A model generated the notes under the pieces. It was given only the letters and a program-made list of their open reading frames with translations. It ran no database searches and was not told where the DNA came from. Source: a virus (lineage: Duplodnaviria; Caudoviricetes). Taken from it: 34,024 nt of DNA. The position numbers and the translations under genes are program-made. This document shows, piece after piece, positions 32,957-34,024 of this stretch (within the stretch, counting starts at the first letter, position 1; each line of letters opens with the position of its first letter). The stretch lies in IMG/VR virus record IMGVR_UViG_3300043391_000122, positions 1-34,024 of that record. One strand, 5' to 3'.

Positions 32957-33244
32957 TTACTTTTCTTTTAAAGCCTCGTAAAGCGGCCCTAAAACAAGCA
33001 CAGTAAAGCCTTTAGCCTTGACCTTTTCCTTTACTAAATCAGCGTCCGATTTGCTTAGCTCAATGTCGCCCTCAGAATAGTAAATTTTCTTAGCCAGCTC
33101 GTAAAGTCTAATCGGGTCGTCTTTTTCTTCAGCTGAAAACAAAGCGTTTCCGACCATCTTAGACAAGTACATAAACTCGCCGTTTTCGCTTGTGATTTTG
33201 TTGCCTTCGATATCAGTTAAGGCAATTGCTAGGTTTACAATCAT
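32957..33244 (-). CDS. Hypothetical protein (copy B)
   Basis: Near-identical to 3198-3485. Confidence 0.8.
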   Translation of the reverse strand: MIVNLAIALTDIEGNKITSENGEFMYLSKMVGNALFSAEEKDDPIRLYELAKKIYYSEGDIELSKSDADLVKEKVKAKGFTVLVLGPLYEALKEK

Positions 33245-33525
33245 GCTATAAGTGTTAAGTTTAATTTTTCGGCAATATAAACATATGCCGCCTCGTTTGA
33301 ATTATCCCAGTCCAAATAATCTTTGCCAGTCATTGGCACGTTGCCATTCACTAAACAAAGGCCTTGTATTAAAGGGGTTTCCTCTGTGCCTTGTCCTCCT
33401 TCGCATAACTCGTAATAAAAGTTACAAGCGCTTTGCAAATTGTCGTCTATAATTTTAGCCGTTAAAATGCTTGCGGTTTTTTGTTCTCCATTATTCCAAA
33501 TGGTTATTGGTTGAATTTGTTTCAT
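33241..33525 (-). CDS. Hypothetical protein, possible fibre assembly factor (copy B)
   Basis: Homologue of 3482-3766. Confidence 0.7.
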   Translation of the reverse strand: MKQIQPITIWNNGEQKTASILTAKIIDDNLQSACNFYYELCEGGQGTEETPLIQGLCLVNGNVPMTGKDYLDWDNSNEAAYVYIAEKLNLTLIA

Positions 33526-33533
33526 TTTTTTAT

Positions 33534-34024
33534 TTATTTAATTCTTATTGTTCCATAAGTCACCGTATAAGAAACACCATTGGCACTTCTAATTTGCACA
33601 TTGTTTCCAGAAAATTGCACTTGAATATTATTGCCTAAAATTGTACTTGTTAATCTTTCTCCACTATTTTCATTAAATAAAGTGAAAATCGCATAAGTTC
33701 CATCATTTGAATTTGTTTGCACAGTAAGGAAATAAGCGGAATCTGTTCCAGCGGTGAAAATAGTTTGATAGGTTCCTGTCATTGTCAAATTTCCTGAGTT
33801 TGATAAAAAGGCATTCCCCAAAGAACTAATTACTCCATTTACTGCCAGCTTTGCACCAACATCCGTTGTAGTTCCAATCAACACGTTGCCGCCTGAAGTA
33901 ATGCGCATTCTTTCTGAGCCGTTATTTTCAAAAATAGTTGCAGCGTTTTCTCGATTAATAATATAAAGTTCTCTGCTAAAATCAATTCCTATGAAAGAGC
34001 CATCTGTTGTACTTTCGCCGCTAT
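33534..34024 (-). CDS. Tail fibre, C-terminal part (partial, copy B)
   Basis: Matches the C-terminus of 3775-6585, and the frame runs off the window end. Confidence 0.85.
   Translation of the reverse strand, partial: SGESTTDGSFIGIDFSRELYIINRENAATIFENNGSERMRITSGGNVLIGTTTDVGAKLAVNGVISSLGNAFLSNSGNLTMTGTYQTIFTAGTDSAYFLTVQTNSNDGTYAIFTLFNENSGERLTSTILGNNIQVQFSGNNVQIRSANGVSYTVTYGTIRIK

Larger units (their letters stand above)
4266..34024 (-). mobile_element. Complete unit-length tailed phage genome (Caudoviricetes, siphovirus morphology, ~29.76 kb), probable Bacteroidota host
   Basis: Full packaging, head, neck, tail, lysis and replication modules in canonical order. The end at 34024 corresponds to position 4265, closing a 29,759 bp circle. 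No host genes and no integrase were seen. Confidence 0.93.
29770..34024. repeat. Diverged direct repeat, copy B
   Basis: Homologous to ~68-4265. The offset is ~29,702 at the left end and 29,759 at the right end. Confidence 0.95.

Overview
The window is essentially one complete ~29.76 kb tailed-phage genome (siphovirus-type, HK97-like head), almost entirely on the minus strand. The probable host is Bacteroidota, inferred from TAnnTTTG promoters, SD-less A/C-rich leaders and a DUF4373-like initiator. Gene order in the direction of transcription: early recombination/regulation genes (ERF, Gp157, HTH/RHH), replication initiator with internal iteron-like repeats, RusA-like resolvase, SAM methyltransferase, terminase, portal, gpF-like head protein, GT25, prohead protease, major capsid, GT4, neck, two tail-tube paralogues, frameshifted tail chaperone, tape measure, tail tip, fibre, lysis cassette and metallophosphoesterase. 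The first ~4.3 kb is a diverged second version of the last ~4.3 kb. The copies become identical only in the final 127 bp, which points to two co-assembled strains rather than a real terminal repeat. The most unusual non-coding signals are (i) arrays of abutting, mutually different ~16-28 bp imperfect palindromes with a whole-unit indel between the variants, (ii) a three-hairpin leader with complementary loops and a terminator upstream of the replication initiator, and (iii) a promoter-driven tRNA-like RNA without a normal anticodon arm. Two glycosyltransferases embedded in the head module suggest virion glycosylation. All protein family calls come from motif recognition and synteny by eye, not from database searches.
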